From: an uncultured delta proteobacterium
GTDB taxonomy: Bacteria > Myxococcota > Kuafuiibacteriia > Kuafuiibacteriales > Kuafuiibacteriaceae
DNA: 64,000 nucleotides
Direction: 5' to 3'
Assembly: GCA_963803435.1 (NCBI GenBank)
Contig: CAWDML010000001.1
Span: 2,880,001-2,944,000, forward strand
Shown here: positions 17,704 to 26,947 of the stretch, piece by piece
Layout: each line of letters opens with the position of its first letter
How positions within the stretch are numbered: position 1 is the stretch's first letter
Position numbers and translations under genes: made by a program
The notes under the pieces: generated by a model
Seen by the model: only the letters and a program-made list of their open reading frames with translations
Databases searched by the model: none
Told to the model about the DNA's origin: nothing

Positions 17704-20700
17704 ATGTCGGGTGCACAGCTTTTTTCATTCCTGGGCCTCGGCCTCATGCTCGCCGCCTGCGGGAGGGATGTCCCGGACGGCGGGGCCGGCAGTTCGGATC
17801 GGACGCTGTTCGTCGAGCCGGCCACGCTCGATCTCTACCTGGATCAAACGTTCACGTTCGACGTCGTCCTCACCGACGACGAGTCACCGAAGAGCGTCCT
17901 CGCGACCGAAGCGCTGACGGTAGAGGTCGGCAAGGCCGGGGTCGTCGAGGTGAACACCGAGGGTACCGGCACCGCAAAGGGCGCGGGGCAGACGTCCCTG
18001 ATCGCGGCCTACCTGGGGCTGGAGGCCGAGGCGGGCGTCGACGTCCGCGCCGGCCGGCTCACGGGCATCGACATCATCCCCGCGATGGTGCGTCTCGCGA
18101 TCGCACAGACCTCGCAGATTCGCGTGACCGGGACGCTCGACGACGGCGAGCAGCTCGATCTGACGCGGGCCTACCAGGGCACCCGATACCAGTCGTCGGA
18201 TCCGGACGTCGCCACCGTCGCCTCCGACGGCCTGGTGCGCGGCGAGCACGAGGGACACGCCACCATCGCGGTCACGCACGGCGCCTTCAGCGGACAGGTC
18301 GAGGTCGACGTCTCCAAGACCGCGGTCGAGCTGAAGCAGCTGCTCTTCGATCCGGCCGCCGTCTCGCTCGAGTTCGACGGGACGGTCCAGCTCGGTGTCT
18401 TGGGCATCGACGCCAGCGGTAACCGCATCGATCTCATCGCGACCTTCCCGACCTACCCCGTCACGTTCTCCTCGAGCGACACCGGGATCGCAGAGGTCAG
18501 TGAGACCGCGGTGGTGACCGCGCTCCGCCGATCCGGTGTCACCGCGATCGTGGCCAAGCTGGGCGACCTCACCGCGTCGGCGGAGGTCCGCGTCGTGCCT
18601 CCCGAGAGCCAGCTCGTCGGCTTGAGCGTGCGGCCCGAGATGACCGACGTGCGCGAAGGCGGCACCGTCCAGCTCCGCGTCACCGGACGCTACGCCGACG
18701 GAAGCACCGCCGACCTCACGGCCGCCAGCACCGGCACCAAGTACGTCAGCACCGACCCGGGCGCCTTCTCGGTGAGCGCCGGTGGGCTGATCACCGGGCT
18801 CACCGCGGGGCGTTCGGGGCTCGTGATCGTCGACCACGGCACCTTCGAGCGGCTGGTCAACGTCAACGTCGTCGGCGACGCCGAGCTGATCGGCATCGAG
18901 GTCCGGCCGACCACCGTGAGCCTGCGCGTGGGCGCGTCGATCCAGCTCCAGGTGCGGGCGCTCTTCGCGGACAGCACCTTCGCCGACGTCACGCCGGCCA
19001 CCAGCGGGGTCCAGTACACGCCGCCGCCCGACGGCTTTGCCACCGTCACACCGGACGGGTTGGTGCGGGCCAACTTCGCCGGCGCCGGCCAGCTGATCGT
19101 GGAGTACCGCGGCTTCCGCGTGTTCGTACCGGTGACGGCGGTCGACGAGGGCCAGATCGTCGACATCTTCATCTCGCCGCCGCAGATCTCGGTGCCCGAG
19201 GGTGGGCGCGTTCAGATCCAGGTCTTCGCGCAGCTGAGCGACGGCTCGGTCCTCGACATCACTTTCGATCCTTCGCTCATGATCGCGATCGATCGACCTC
19301 GGGTCGCCGGCTATCTCGGGGGCGGCGCGGTCGAGGGCCGGAACGCGGGGCTCACGACGCTGCGGGCGACCTACCTGGGATTCTCCGCTCAGGCGGACGT
19401 GATCGTCGGCGGGATGCAGACGCTGATCGCGATCCAGCTCTCCATCCCACCCCAGATCCAGGTCGGACAGACCGCGACCTACGCAGTGCTCGGGATCTTC
19501 TCGGACGGATCGATCCAGGACCTGACCCTCGATCCGCAGACACAGGTGACGGCGACCGATCCCTCCCTCCTCGACGTCTTCTTCGGCCTGGCGACCGGGC
19601 TCCAGCCCGGCACCACCACGGTGGTCGCCGATCATCTCGGCTTCTTGGACACCGCCGTCGTCGAGGTCACGCTCAACGTCGATCCGATCGTCGCGCTCAA
19701 CTTCCAGCCGAGCTCGCTGTCGCTGGCGGTGGGCGCCGCTGCGCCGGCCGTCCTCGTCGCGGTCCACCAGTCGGGCCTCGTCAATGAGGTCACGCTCGAT
19801 CCGGGTGTGGTCTACTCCTCGACCGGCCCCATCTCCACCGTGCTCGGGCCGACCGGCCTGCAGGTGAGCGGGCTCGGCCCGGGGACGGGACAGGTGGTCG
19901 CGACCTACCAAGGATTGACGGCCCGCCTCGACGTCACCGTCGGGATGACCAGCACGATCGTCGGCATCGACATCGTCTCGCCGTCGACGATCGGCGTCGG
20001 CGCCGGGGACAGCTTCTTCGTGGTGGTCTTCTTCTCGGACGGCACCTTCTCGGAGATCACCTTCGAGCCCGATCTGATGCTGTCGTCGAGCAACCCGATG
20101 ATCCTTGACGTCGGCGTTGGCTCGCTGACCGGGATCTCGGCCGGGACCGCCAACATCGTCGCCTCGTATCGAGGCTTCACGGACGTTCAGAGCGTCGCGG
20201 TCGGATCCGACATCGTCATCGCGCTGATGTTCGTCCCTCCCGCCCTGACCATGCAGGTCGGCGTCCAGGCGACCGCTCAGGTGATCGCGGTGTTCGCCTC
20301 GGGTCGCCAGGTCAACGTGACCTTCGATCCGGGCCTCAACATCAACTTCAACGGCCCGATCAACATCGGCCCGGGGGCCGGGGGCAACATCGTGATCGAC
20401 GCGTTCGGCCCGGGGACCGCCTCGATCATGGCGTCGTACCAGGGGCTGGCTGCGACGCTCCCCATCACCATCCAGAGCACGCAGGTGCTGGTGGGGATCA
20501 CGCTGCGGGCGCCGATGCAGATCGACCTCGGCACCACCGACACCTATCGCGTCATCGCCAACTTCTCCGACGGGAGCACCCAGAACGTGACCCTCGACCC
20601 GAGCGTCTCGATCTCGGTCGCCGACGCATCGGTGCTCTCGGCCATGAACGGCGTCCTGAACGGCCTGAGCGTGGGAATGACCACCGTGACAGCCAATTAC

Positions 20701-22821
20701 CAGGGCTTCGCGGACTCGCGGGTCGTCGCGGTGATCGACAGCGACCCCGTCGTCGCGATCTTCTGGAACCCACCGCAGCTCAACCTGCAGGTCGGCGCCA
20801 GCGCAAACGCTCAGGTGTTCGCGCTGTCCGCCGGCGGGAACGCGGTCGACGTCACCTCTGCCCCCGGGATCATGCTCAGCGCCACCGGCCCGATCATTAC
20901 GGTCGCGGGTCCGGGCGGCCTGCAGGTCACCGGCAACGCGCAGGGCAACGGTCAGGTGACCGCCACCTACCAGGGATTCGTCGCGGGGTTGCCGGTCACC
21001 GTGGGGAACGCGCCGATGCTGGTCGCGATCCGGATCCAGCCGCCGAGCGTCCAGCTCGCCGAGGGCGACACCATCCAGCTCACCGTGATCGGCGTGTTCA
21101 GCGACGGCTCCGAGTCGCCGATCAGCGGGGCGACCTTCGTCGACTTCGATCCGAGCGTCGCCTCGATCTCGCCCACCGGCCTCGTCACGGCGCTCAGCTC
21201 CGGCACCGGCGGTGCGCTGGTCACGTTCGGGAACTTCGCGGAGTTCGTCCAGATCGACGTCTTCACGGCGATGGGCCCGATGATCACCACCATCAGCCCG
21301 GCTGCGGTCCTGGTCGGCTCACCGGCCACCGCCCTCACCGTGAACGGCAGCGGCTTCTCGATGGGAGACTCGATCTTCGTCAGCGGCGTGACGCTCACCA
21401 CCACGTTCGTCTCGGGGACCCGTCTCACCGCGCAGGTGCCGAGCTTCCTGCTGGCCTTCCCGGCCTCGCTCGACGTTCAGGTGCGCGGTGCGAACGGACG
21501 CTCGAACATCGTGCGGCTCTTGGTCGGCCAGATCCCCGACGTCACCAGCTACTCGCCGGACAGCGTGTTCGTGGGGAGCAGCGTCGACGTCACCGCGATC
21601 GGCACCGGCCTGGTCAACCTCTCCTTCGCGGCGACCGGAGGTCTCACCGTGACCCAGCTCGCCGTCGCGCCCGACGGCACCTGGGTGCGACTCCGCATCA
21701 CGGCGCCAGCCACCGCCACCGCGGGCATGAAGACCGTGACGCTCTCCAACCCGCTCGGCATGGACACGATCCAGATCCAGGTGATCGCGACGCAGGGCCT
21801 GATGGATCTGCTGGTGAGCTCCGGTCAGACCGTGACATTGAGTGGAACGAACGTCTATGCGAACGTCACGGTGCAGACCGGAGGACGGATCCTGGGCGGC
21901 GGGCTCGGCACGCTCGCGATCATCGCCTCCAACACCATCACGATCCGCGGCACGATCGACGTGAGCGGCGATCCCGGCGTCCAGGGCTTCACCAACCCGG
22001 CGGCCGGCGGTGACGCGGGCCCGGGCGGCGGCGGCGGCGGCGGCGGCGGCGACGGGAACGCGATGAACCCGGCGGCGGGTGGTGCCGGATCTCCTGCCGG
22101 AGGCAACGCATGGCCGGGGTTCGGCGCGGGCACGCCGGGCGGGGACGGCGGCGGTGAGGGCGGCGGCGGCGGCGGCGCGTTCGGCTGCGCGCACGGCGGC
22201 GGCGGCGGCGCGCTCGGGGGCAACGGCGGCAGCGGCGGCGGCGATTTCGGTCCGGGGAGCGGCGGCTTCGGCGGCGTCGCCGGTGGGCGCGGCAGCACGT
22301 TCGGCGACGGCACCGGCGGCGGCGGTGGCTCGACCTGCGGCAACGCCTCGGGCGGCGGCGGCGGCGGCGGCGGCGGCGGGCTGATCCTGCAGGTCGCACC
22401 CGGCGGCGCGGTCCTCGTCGACGGCGCGATCCGCGCGAACGGCGGCGGCGGCGGCGACGGCTTCCAGAACACCGGCGGAGGAGGTGGTGGATCCGGCGGC
22501 CGCGTCGAGGTCCTCGCACCCAGCGGGACGATCACCGTCAACGACACCATCAGCGCTCGCGGCGGCGCCGGCGGCGACACCGACTTCGGCGATACCGGCG
22601 GCGGCGGTGGCGGCGGGCTGATCGTGATCGACGCGACCGGCGGAAGCGCCAACGTCGGGCTCGGTCTGCTCGACGTCGCCGGCGGATTCCGCAGGCGCCT
22701 CGCTCGGCAACGGCTTCCCGGGAGAGACCGGGACGGTCGGTCAGAGCACGATCACGCCCTGACCTCTCCTCAGCGCACGTCGAGCAAGAGGAACCCGTTC
22801 GCCGGGAGCTTGACCCGGTAG
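17704..22821 (+). CDS. Giant surface lipoprotein: ~13 Big_2-like Ig repeats, 2 IPT/TIG domains, glycine-rich C-terminal domain
   Basis: Lipobox MLAAC after the ATG at 17704; ~88-aa repeats with FSDGS/VTxDP; Gly-rich tail. A probable indel near 22690 would end it GASLGNGFPGETGTVGQSTITP* at 22762. Confidence 0.82.
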   Translation: MSGAQLFSFLGLGLMLAACGRDVPDGGAGSSDRTLFVEPATLDLYLDQTFTFDVVLTDDESPKSVLATEALTVEVGKAGVVEVNTEGTGTAKGAGQTSLIAAYLGLEAEAGVDVRAGRLTGIDIIPAMVRLAIAQTSQIRVTGTLDDGEQLDLTRAYQGTRYQSSDPDVATVASDGLVRGEHEGHATIAVTHGAFSGQVEVDVSKTAVELKQLLFDPAAVSLEFDGTVQLGVLGIDASGNRIDLIATFPTYPVTFSSSDTGIAEVSETAVVTALRRSGVTAIVAKLGDLTASAEVRVVPPESQLVGLSVRPEMTDVREGGTVQLRVTGRYADGSTADLTAASTGTKYVSTDPGAFSVSAGGLITGLTAGRSGLVIVDHGTFERLVNVNVVGDAELIGIEVRPTTVSLRVGASIQLQVRALFADSTFADVTPATSGVQYTPPPDGFATVTPDGLVRANFAGAGQLIVEYRGFRVFVPVTAVDEGQIVDIFISPPQISVPEGGRVQIQVFAQLSDGSVLDITFDPSLMIAIDRPRVAGYLGGGAVEGRNAGLTTLRATYLGFSAQADVIVGGMQTLIAIQLSIPPQIQVGQTATYAVLGIFSDGSIQDLTLDPQTQVTATDPSLLDVFFGLATGLQPGTTTVVADHLGFLDTAVVEVTLNVDPIVALNFQPSSLSLAVGAAAPAVLVAVHQSGLVNEVTLDPGVVYSSTGPISTVLGPTGLQVSGLGPGTGQVVATYQGLTARLDVTVGMTSTIVGIDIVSPSTIGVGAGDSFFVVVFFSDGTFSEITFEPDLMLSSSNPMILDVGVGSLTGISAGTANIVASYRGFTDVQSVAVGSDIVIALMFVPPALTMQVGVQATAQVIAVFASGRQVNVTFDPGLNINFNGPINIGPGAGGNIVIDAFGPGTASIMASYQGLAATLPITIQSTQVLVGITLRAPMQIDLGTTDTYRVIANFSDGSTQNVTLDPSVSISVADASVLSAMNGVLNGLSVGMTTVTANYQGFADSRVVAVIDSDPVVAIFWNPPQLNLQVGASANAQVFALSAGGNAVDVTSAPGIMLSATGPIITVAGPGGLQVTGNAQGNGQVTATYQGFVAGLPVTVGNAPMLVAIRIQPPSVQLAEGDTIQLTVIGVFSDGSESPISGATFVDFDPSVASISPTGLVTALSSGTGGALVTFGNFAEFVQIDVFTAMGPMITTISPAAVLVGSPATALTVNGSGFSMGDSIFVSGVTLTTTFVSGTRLTAQVPSFLLAFPASLDVQVRGANGRSNIVRLLVGQIPDVTSYSPDSVFVGSSVDVTAIGTGLVNLSFAATGGLTVTQLAVAPDGTWVRLRITAPATATAGMKTVTLSNPLGMDTIQIQVIATQGLMDLLVSSGQTVTLSGTNVYANVTVQTGGRILGGGLGTLAIIASNTITIRGTIDVSGDPGVQGFTNPAAGGDAGPGGGGGGGGGDGNAMNPAAGGAGSPAGGNAWPGFGAGTPGGDGGGEGGGGGGAFGCAHGGGGGALGGNGGSGGGDFGPGSGGFGGVAGGRGSTFGDGTGGGGGSTCGNASGGGGGGGGGGLILQVAPGGAVLVDGAIRANGGGGGDGFQNTGGGGGGSGGRVEVLAPSGTITVNDTISARGGAGGDTDFGDTGGGGGGGLIVIDATGGSANVGLGLLDVAGGFRRRLARQRLPGRDRDGRSEHDHALTSPQRTSSKRNPFAGSLTR

Positions 22822-24422
22822 CGGTTCGACGTGATCGGCGGCGCCTCCTTTCCCGTGTAGAGGTCCGTCGGCGTCTGGCCCAGCTGAAGTCCGCTCCCCG
22901 TGAGATCGACGGTGACCCAGCTCGGCTTGTCCGAGATGTTGTAGACGTTCAGCGCGCGCTTGCGCCCGTCGAGGCTGGTCCGGAGCGTCGCGTAGTGGTG
23001 CGGATCGGGGCCGCTCGAGAGCTGCGTCCGCTCCCCGCCGGGCGCCAGCGCCGGGTTCGACGCGAGCGTGGCCGACAGCCGGTCGATCTTCGCCTTGCGG
23101 TCCGCACTCCAGTCCCGGTAGTTCACGTCCTCGCCGTCACCCGTCCAGTCCATGACGTCGAGCTGGACGCCGTTGCCGCCCAGCACTGCGCCGGTCAAGA
23201 GCTGCTTGTCGACGTCCTTGTTGTAGACCCAGATGCGCGAGACGCCGCCGCCCTTCGCCGCGGCCGCGTCGCGGAGCTCGAACACCTCCTCCAGATCGCT
23301 CGCGGTCTCGGTGCCCTCGCGGACTTGATCCACGATGGTCTTGTTGTCGTCGTCCTGGCCGAAGATGCCGAAGTTGAAGCCGTACTTTCCGTACTCGTCC
23401 TTCAACGCGTCGGGACCGGTGCCCTCGGGGAAGATGAACTTCGCGCCGTAGGCGTGGGGCAGATCGCCCATCAGATACTTCTTGGTCTCCGCCGTGGCGC
23501 CGAGCTGCACGTAGGGCGCGTCGAACGTGATGCCGTCGATCCCTGCCTCGAGCCACGGCTTCATCGAGTCCGCGACGTAGTCGACACCCTCCTGCCTCGC
23601 GTAGTCGATCGCCGGCCGGTCCCACGAGGTGGCGTACCAGGACTTCGCCTCCTTGCTGTAGGCCCATCGCAGCTCGGGGTTGCCGAGGTCTCCCTTCGGT
23701 TTGGTGCTCGACCAGCGGAAGATGCGGGTCGCGACCGTGTCCCGGCCGGCCGCCTTGTCCTCGACAGCCTGCCGAAAGAGCGCCGAGTCCCGAGTGACGT
23801 TCTGCGGGCCCATGTACGTGGTCACCGCCAGGCCGCGCTCGTGCGCCGCGGAGACGAGCGCCTTGAAGTCGTCCATCGTGCCCAGCTTGGGATCCGGGTG
23901 CTTCAGATCGATGGGGACGCCGCCCAGCCACCCACCCGGATCGCCCTGGTACGGCGGGTAGATCAGGATCGCGCCGACGCCGCGCGCCTTGGCGGCGTCG
24001 AGCTCGCCGATGAGGTCGCGGAACGTCTGGTGGCTGACCTCCGGGAAGTACCACTGGGCGGCATTGCTCCTCCTCTGCCAGTCGTCGGGGAGCCCCGGCC
24101 GAGCGGGGGCGCGGATCGCGGCCAGCGTCTCGGCGCGCCGCTGTTGGCTGTGCGGGCTGCGCTCGACGGCGCCCATCCGCGCCAGCCACGCGGCCTGGGT
24201 GGTGGCCGAGTCGACGCCGCCAAAGCGGAGCGGGCCGCGGCGGTTCGATCGCTTCACCCGGGCGCCCGACGCGCCAGCGATCTCCGCCGGCTGACCGTTG
24301 GTCGCGTCGATGTCCACCTCGGGCGCGCGTTCGGCCTCGACCGGACGGACGTGCGGGAACAGCGGTGTCTGGGTGTTGATGCCGAAGGCCACGGACGACG
24401 CCGGTTGCAACCGACGCTCCAA
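22770..24422 (-). CDS. GH13 alpha-amylase-family glycoside hydrolase (start uncertain)
   Basis: DPKLGTMDDFKALVSAAHERGL; WLEAGIDGITFDA (nucleophile Asp); FPE (acid/base); C-terminal beta-sandwich. Confidence 0.78.
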   Translation of the reverse strand: MERRLQPASSVAFGINTQTPLFPHVRPVEAERAPEVDIDATNGQPAEIAGASGARVKRSNRRGPLRFGGVDSATTQAAWLARMGAVERSPHSQQRRAETLAAIRAPARPGLPDDWQRRSNAAQWYFPEVSHQTFRDLIGELDAAKARGVGAILIYPPYQGDPGGWLGGVPIDLKHPDPKLGTMDDFKALVSAAHERGLAVTTYMGPQNVTRDSALFRQAVEDKAAGRDTVATRIFRWSSTKPKGDLGNPELRWAYSKEAKSWYATSWDRPAIDYARQEGVDYVADSMKPWLEAGIDGITFDAPYVQLGATAETKKYLMGDLPHAYGAKFIFPEGTGPDALKDEYGKYGFNFGIFGQDDDNKTIVDQVREGTETASDLEEVFELRDAAAAKGGGVSRIWVYNKDVDKQLLTGAVLGGNGVQLDVMDWTGDGEDVNYRDWSADRKAKIDRLSATLASNPALAPGGERTQLSSGPDPHHYATLRTSLDGRKRALNVYNISDKPSWVTVDLTGSGLQLGQTPTDLYTGKEAPPITSNRYRVKLPANGFLLLDVR

Positions 24423-24494
24423 CAGGCCGTGGGTCAGGAGACAAGCGCGAAGCGAGACACGCCGCCCTCGCTGCGAGGAGTGGGAACCTCGGAT

Positions 24495-24665
24495 CTAGAA
24501 GTCGCCGCGCAGCTGCTTCAGCTTGTAGATCGCGACCACGTAGACGACGCCGCTGACGAGGCTGCTCACCATGAAGTCCGTGAAGGGCGACGCGATGTCA
24601 CCCAGCAGGAGATGGGAGACGTACCCGATACCCGACGCGATGATCATGGCGGTGAGGTGCAACAT
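24495..24665 (-). CDS. Small two-transmembrane-helix protein (56 aa), absent from the ORF track
   Basis: Translated by hand: MLHLTAMIIASGIGYVSHLLLGDIASPFTDFMVSSLVSGVVYVVAIYKLKQLRGDF*. Nearly all codons end in G or C. Confidence 0.7.
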   Translation of the reverse strand: MLHLTAMIIASGIGYVSHLLLGDIASPFTDFMVSSLVSGVVYVVAIYKLKQLRGDF

Positions 24666-24677
24666 GGCGCTCGAGCA

Positions 24678-26693
24678 TCATACCAGGACCCGGCGCAGAC
24701 GGCGCGGGCGCTCCGGGCTCGGCGTCTCCGACGACGAGGCGGGCGCACGACCGAAGATCCACGCCGTCAGGTCGATGGTGTCGCCTGCGCCCACGGTTCC
24801 ACCGCGCTTGTCGGCGAGACGGCGACACGCGGCGAACACGTAGGTTCGACCGCTCGCCGGATCGCGATGAAAGCGATCGCGCAGGATTTGCTCGCGCGCG
24901 TCGTCCGAGAGGCCGAAGCGGCGCTGGAGCGCGTCGGCGATCGCCTGCTCGGCGGCCAAGCCCTCCGCGGGGAACGTTGGATAGACCGGCCAGAGCTCGC
25001 GCTTCTTGCCGTGCGCCACCTTGATCTCTCCGCTCGGGTTGGCCGCCTTGTTCGTCACGGCCTGGCGCGCACGGAGCAGCGAGAGCACCTGCCGTCGCGG
25101 ATCGATCGGTCCGTCAATCACCAGGAGATCGACGGCGAAACCGTGGAGATGGAGCCGCTTCAGATCGAGACCGTCGAGGAGCGCCTCGGCGGCCGCCAGC
25201 ATCACGGCGGGCGCTTCCGCGTCCTCCTTCCGCCAGTCGCCTTCGACCATCCCGGCGGCCTTCAAGCGCTCGAACAGGCCCGGGCCCTCGGAGCCCGGGT
25301 TGAGAGACAGTGAGTCGATCGCGCCGGACAGCGTCCGCATCAGCAGGGCCTCGTTCGCCACCAGCTTGGCCTTCGCGTACTCGATGTGGACCTGCGCCTT
25401 CGGGTTGGCGGTACGCACGGCGTCGAGCTGCGATCGAAACTGCTCGGCCTCCGGGACCGCACCGGGCGGCCCGAGCGTCTGATAGTGGGCTCCCGACAGA
25501 AAGAATCTGTCGTGGCTCCGACCGATCCGGGCGAGCGCCTCCGGCGTCATGTCGCCGAACGTCGATCGCTGGCTGACGGGCGTGCCCAGGATGAAGCGGC
25601 CGCCGTCAGTGAGAGGGCGCGCCTGGAGCTCCCGATCGCCGATGCGAAGCCGGAACGTCCGCTGCTGGGGGAACGCAGCCACGTAGTTGCGGCGGGGCGT
25701 GAGGGTCTCGTCCACGCGCGCCTCCTTCGCACAGCGGAGCCCCGAACGATCGAGCTGGTGCACGTTGGGTCCGAACTGCGCCGCGATCTCGGGCGCGTGA
25801 TCTTCCCACGCGAAGAAGTCCACGCCCAGGATCTCGGCGCCATCCTTCGAGGCATCCGCGTTCAACACGGCGGCGACGTTCGCGCCGAAGGCAGCGGCGC
25901 CGCCCATCGCCATCTTCAACGGACGGCCCATTCGCGTCAGCGCGTCCTCGAGCCAGCGGGCCACCGGCTCGGCCATGTTGATCGGGACCGAAGTCTCCCT
26001 GCCGTTGACGATCTGGCGGATCAAGCTCGCCACCAGCTGCCACGGCGACTCCGGCCCCGACCAGATCTCCTCGCCCGGCGGTCCCTGCTCGATCGCGGTC
26101 ATCAGCTGCTCGGCCGTGATCGCGGAGTCGGTGCGAAGCACCTCGTCGATCAAGCCCTGGAGGACGCGCGGCGAACAGTCGAACTTCGCGTCGAGCAGCC
26201 GGCTGAATCCGAAGAACAGCCGCTGCGGCTCGGGGACCATCCGGGCGGCCTCGGCCGAGAGGCGGACCAGCGCGTCGTACTGCGCTTCGCTCACGCGCGG
26301 ATCGAGCCGCCGGGCGAACGCGAGCTCCGTGCTCCGCAGGGTCCCGACCGGATCCGCGACGGATCGCGCGATGCCACGGTGGTCGAGCTGCGCCCACAGC
26401 TCGCGCCGGGTCGCGGCGGGCGCGTGGCGTGGGTCGAGCGTGACGACGCTCGCGACCCTCGATGCGGCCTGGACCTCTTGACGCCTCGCGGTCCTCACGG
26501 GGATCCGGATCGGGTTATCGGCGGATGGCGGCGCGAGGGTGCTCGCGACCGGGCTCTCGATCTGTGCCCCGCGCTCGGAACCTGGAAACAAGATCCCTAT
26601 GTGCCCTGACAGATGCGGGGGCGTGCTGACCGCATCAACAGCAACAACATGCGGACTCGATCGGAGGCCAGCGATCGGCACGAGCGTCTCCAC
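24678..26693 (-). CDS. ADP-dependent glucokinase/phosphofructokinase-family protein (start uncertain)
   Basis: MGGAAAFGAN; FFLSGAHY; VHIEYA; IDSLSLN..E; LHLHG; TVGAGDTI (catalytic Asp motif of this ribokinase-fold family). Confidence 0.72.
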   Translation of the reverse strand: METLVPIAGLRSSPHVVAVDAVSTPPHLSGHIGILFPGSERGAQIESPVASTLAPPSADNPIRIPVRTARRQEVQAASRVASVVTLDPRHAPAATRRELWAQLDHRGIARSVADPVGTLRSTELAFARRLDPRVSEAQYDALVRLSAEAARMVPEPQRLFFGFSRLLDAKFDCSPRVLQGLIDEVLRTDSAITAEQLMTAIEQGPPGEEIWSGPESPWQLVASLIRQIVNGRETSVPINMAEPVARWLEDALTRMGRPLKMAMGGAAAFGANVAAVLNADASKDGAEILGVDFFAWEDHAPEIAAQFGPNVHQLDRSGLRCAKEARVDETLTPRRNYVAAFPQQRTFRLRIGDRELQARPLTDGGRFILGTPVSQRSTFGDMTPEALARIGRSHDRFFLSGAHYQTLGPPGAVPEAEQFRSQLDAVRTANPKAQVHIEYAKAKLVANEALLMRTLSGAIDSLSLNPGSEGPGLFERLKAAGMVEGDWRKEDAEAPAVMLAAAEALLDGLDLKRLHLHGFAVDLLVIDGPIDPRRQVLSLLRARQAVTNKAANPSGEIKVAHGKKRELWPVYPTFPAEGLAAEQAIADALQRRFGLSDDAREQILRDRFHRDPASGRTYVFAACRRLADKRGGTVGAGDTIDLTAWIFGRAPASSSETPSPERPRRLRRVLV

Positions 26694-26748
26694 GCTCGAC
26701 GCGCTCGGTCCTCTTGACCGGCTGGCACCACCTCAGGTCGACGGCGGA

Positions 26749-26905
26749 GGCGAGGGGAAGGGTTGTGTCCAGGGGGAAGTTGGGGGAAGGCGACCGTCTC
26801 TCGTGAGTGATGCCGCCCTTGGGGCCCCATCTAGGCTCGACGACCGCGGCTCGAAGTGCTGCCGCCCTTGAGCCGGTCCCCCTGGACACAATCCTTCCTC
26901 TCGCC
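26749..26905. repeat. Intergenic element: 29-bp inverted repeats enclosing two ~30-bp imperfect direct repeats
   Basis: 26749-26777 matches the reverse complement of 26877-26905 at 27/29. AGTG(A/C)TGCCGCCCTTG occurs at 26806 and 26855, each preceded by CGACCG (26791, 26841). Confidence 0.85.
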
Positions 26906-26947
26906 GGGAGCCGGAGCGCGCCACCTCAGCGCAACGCACCACCCTCC

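Noticed and set aside
22020-22620. GGC trinucleotide tracts as a contingency locus
   Set aside because: They are in-frame glycine codons of the Gly-rich domain.
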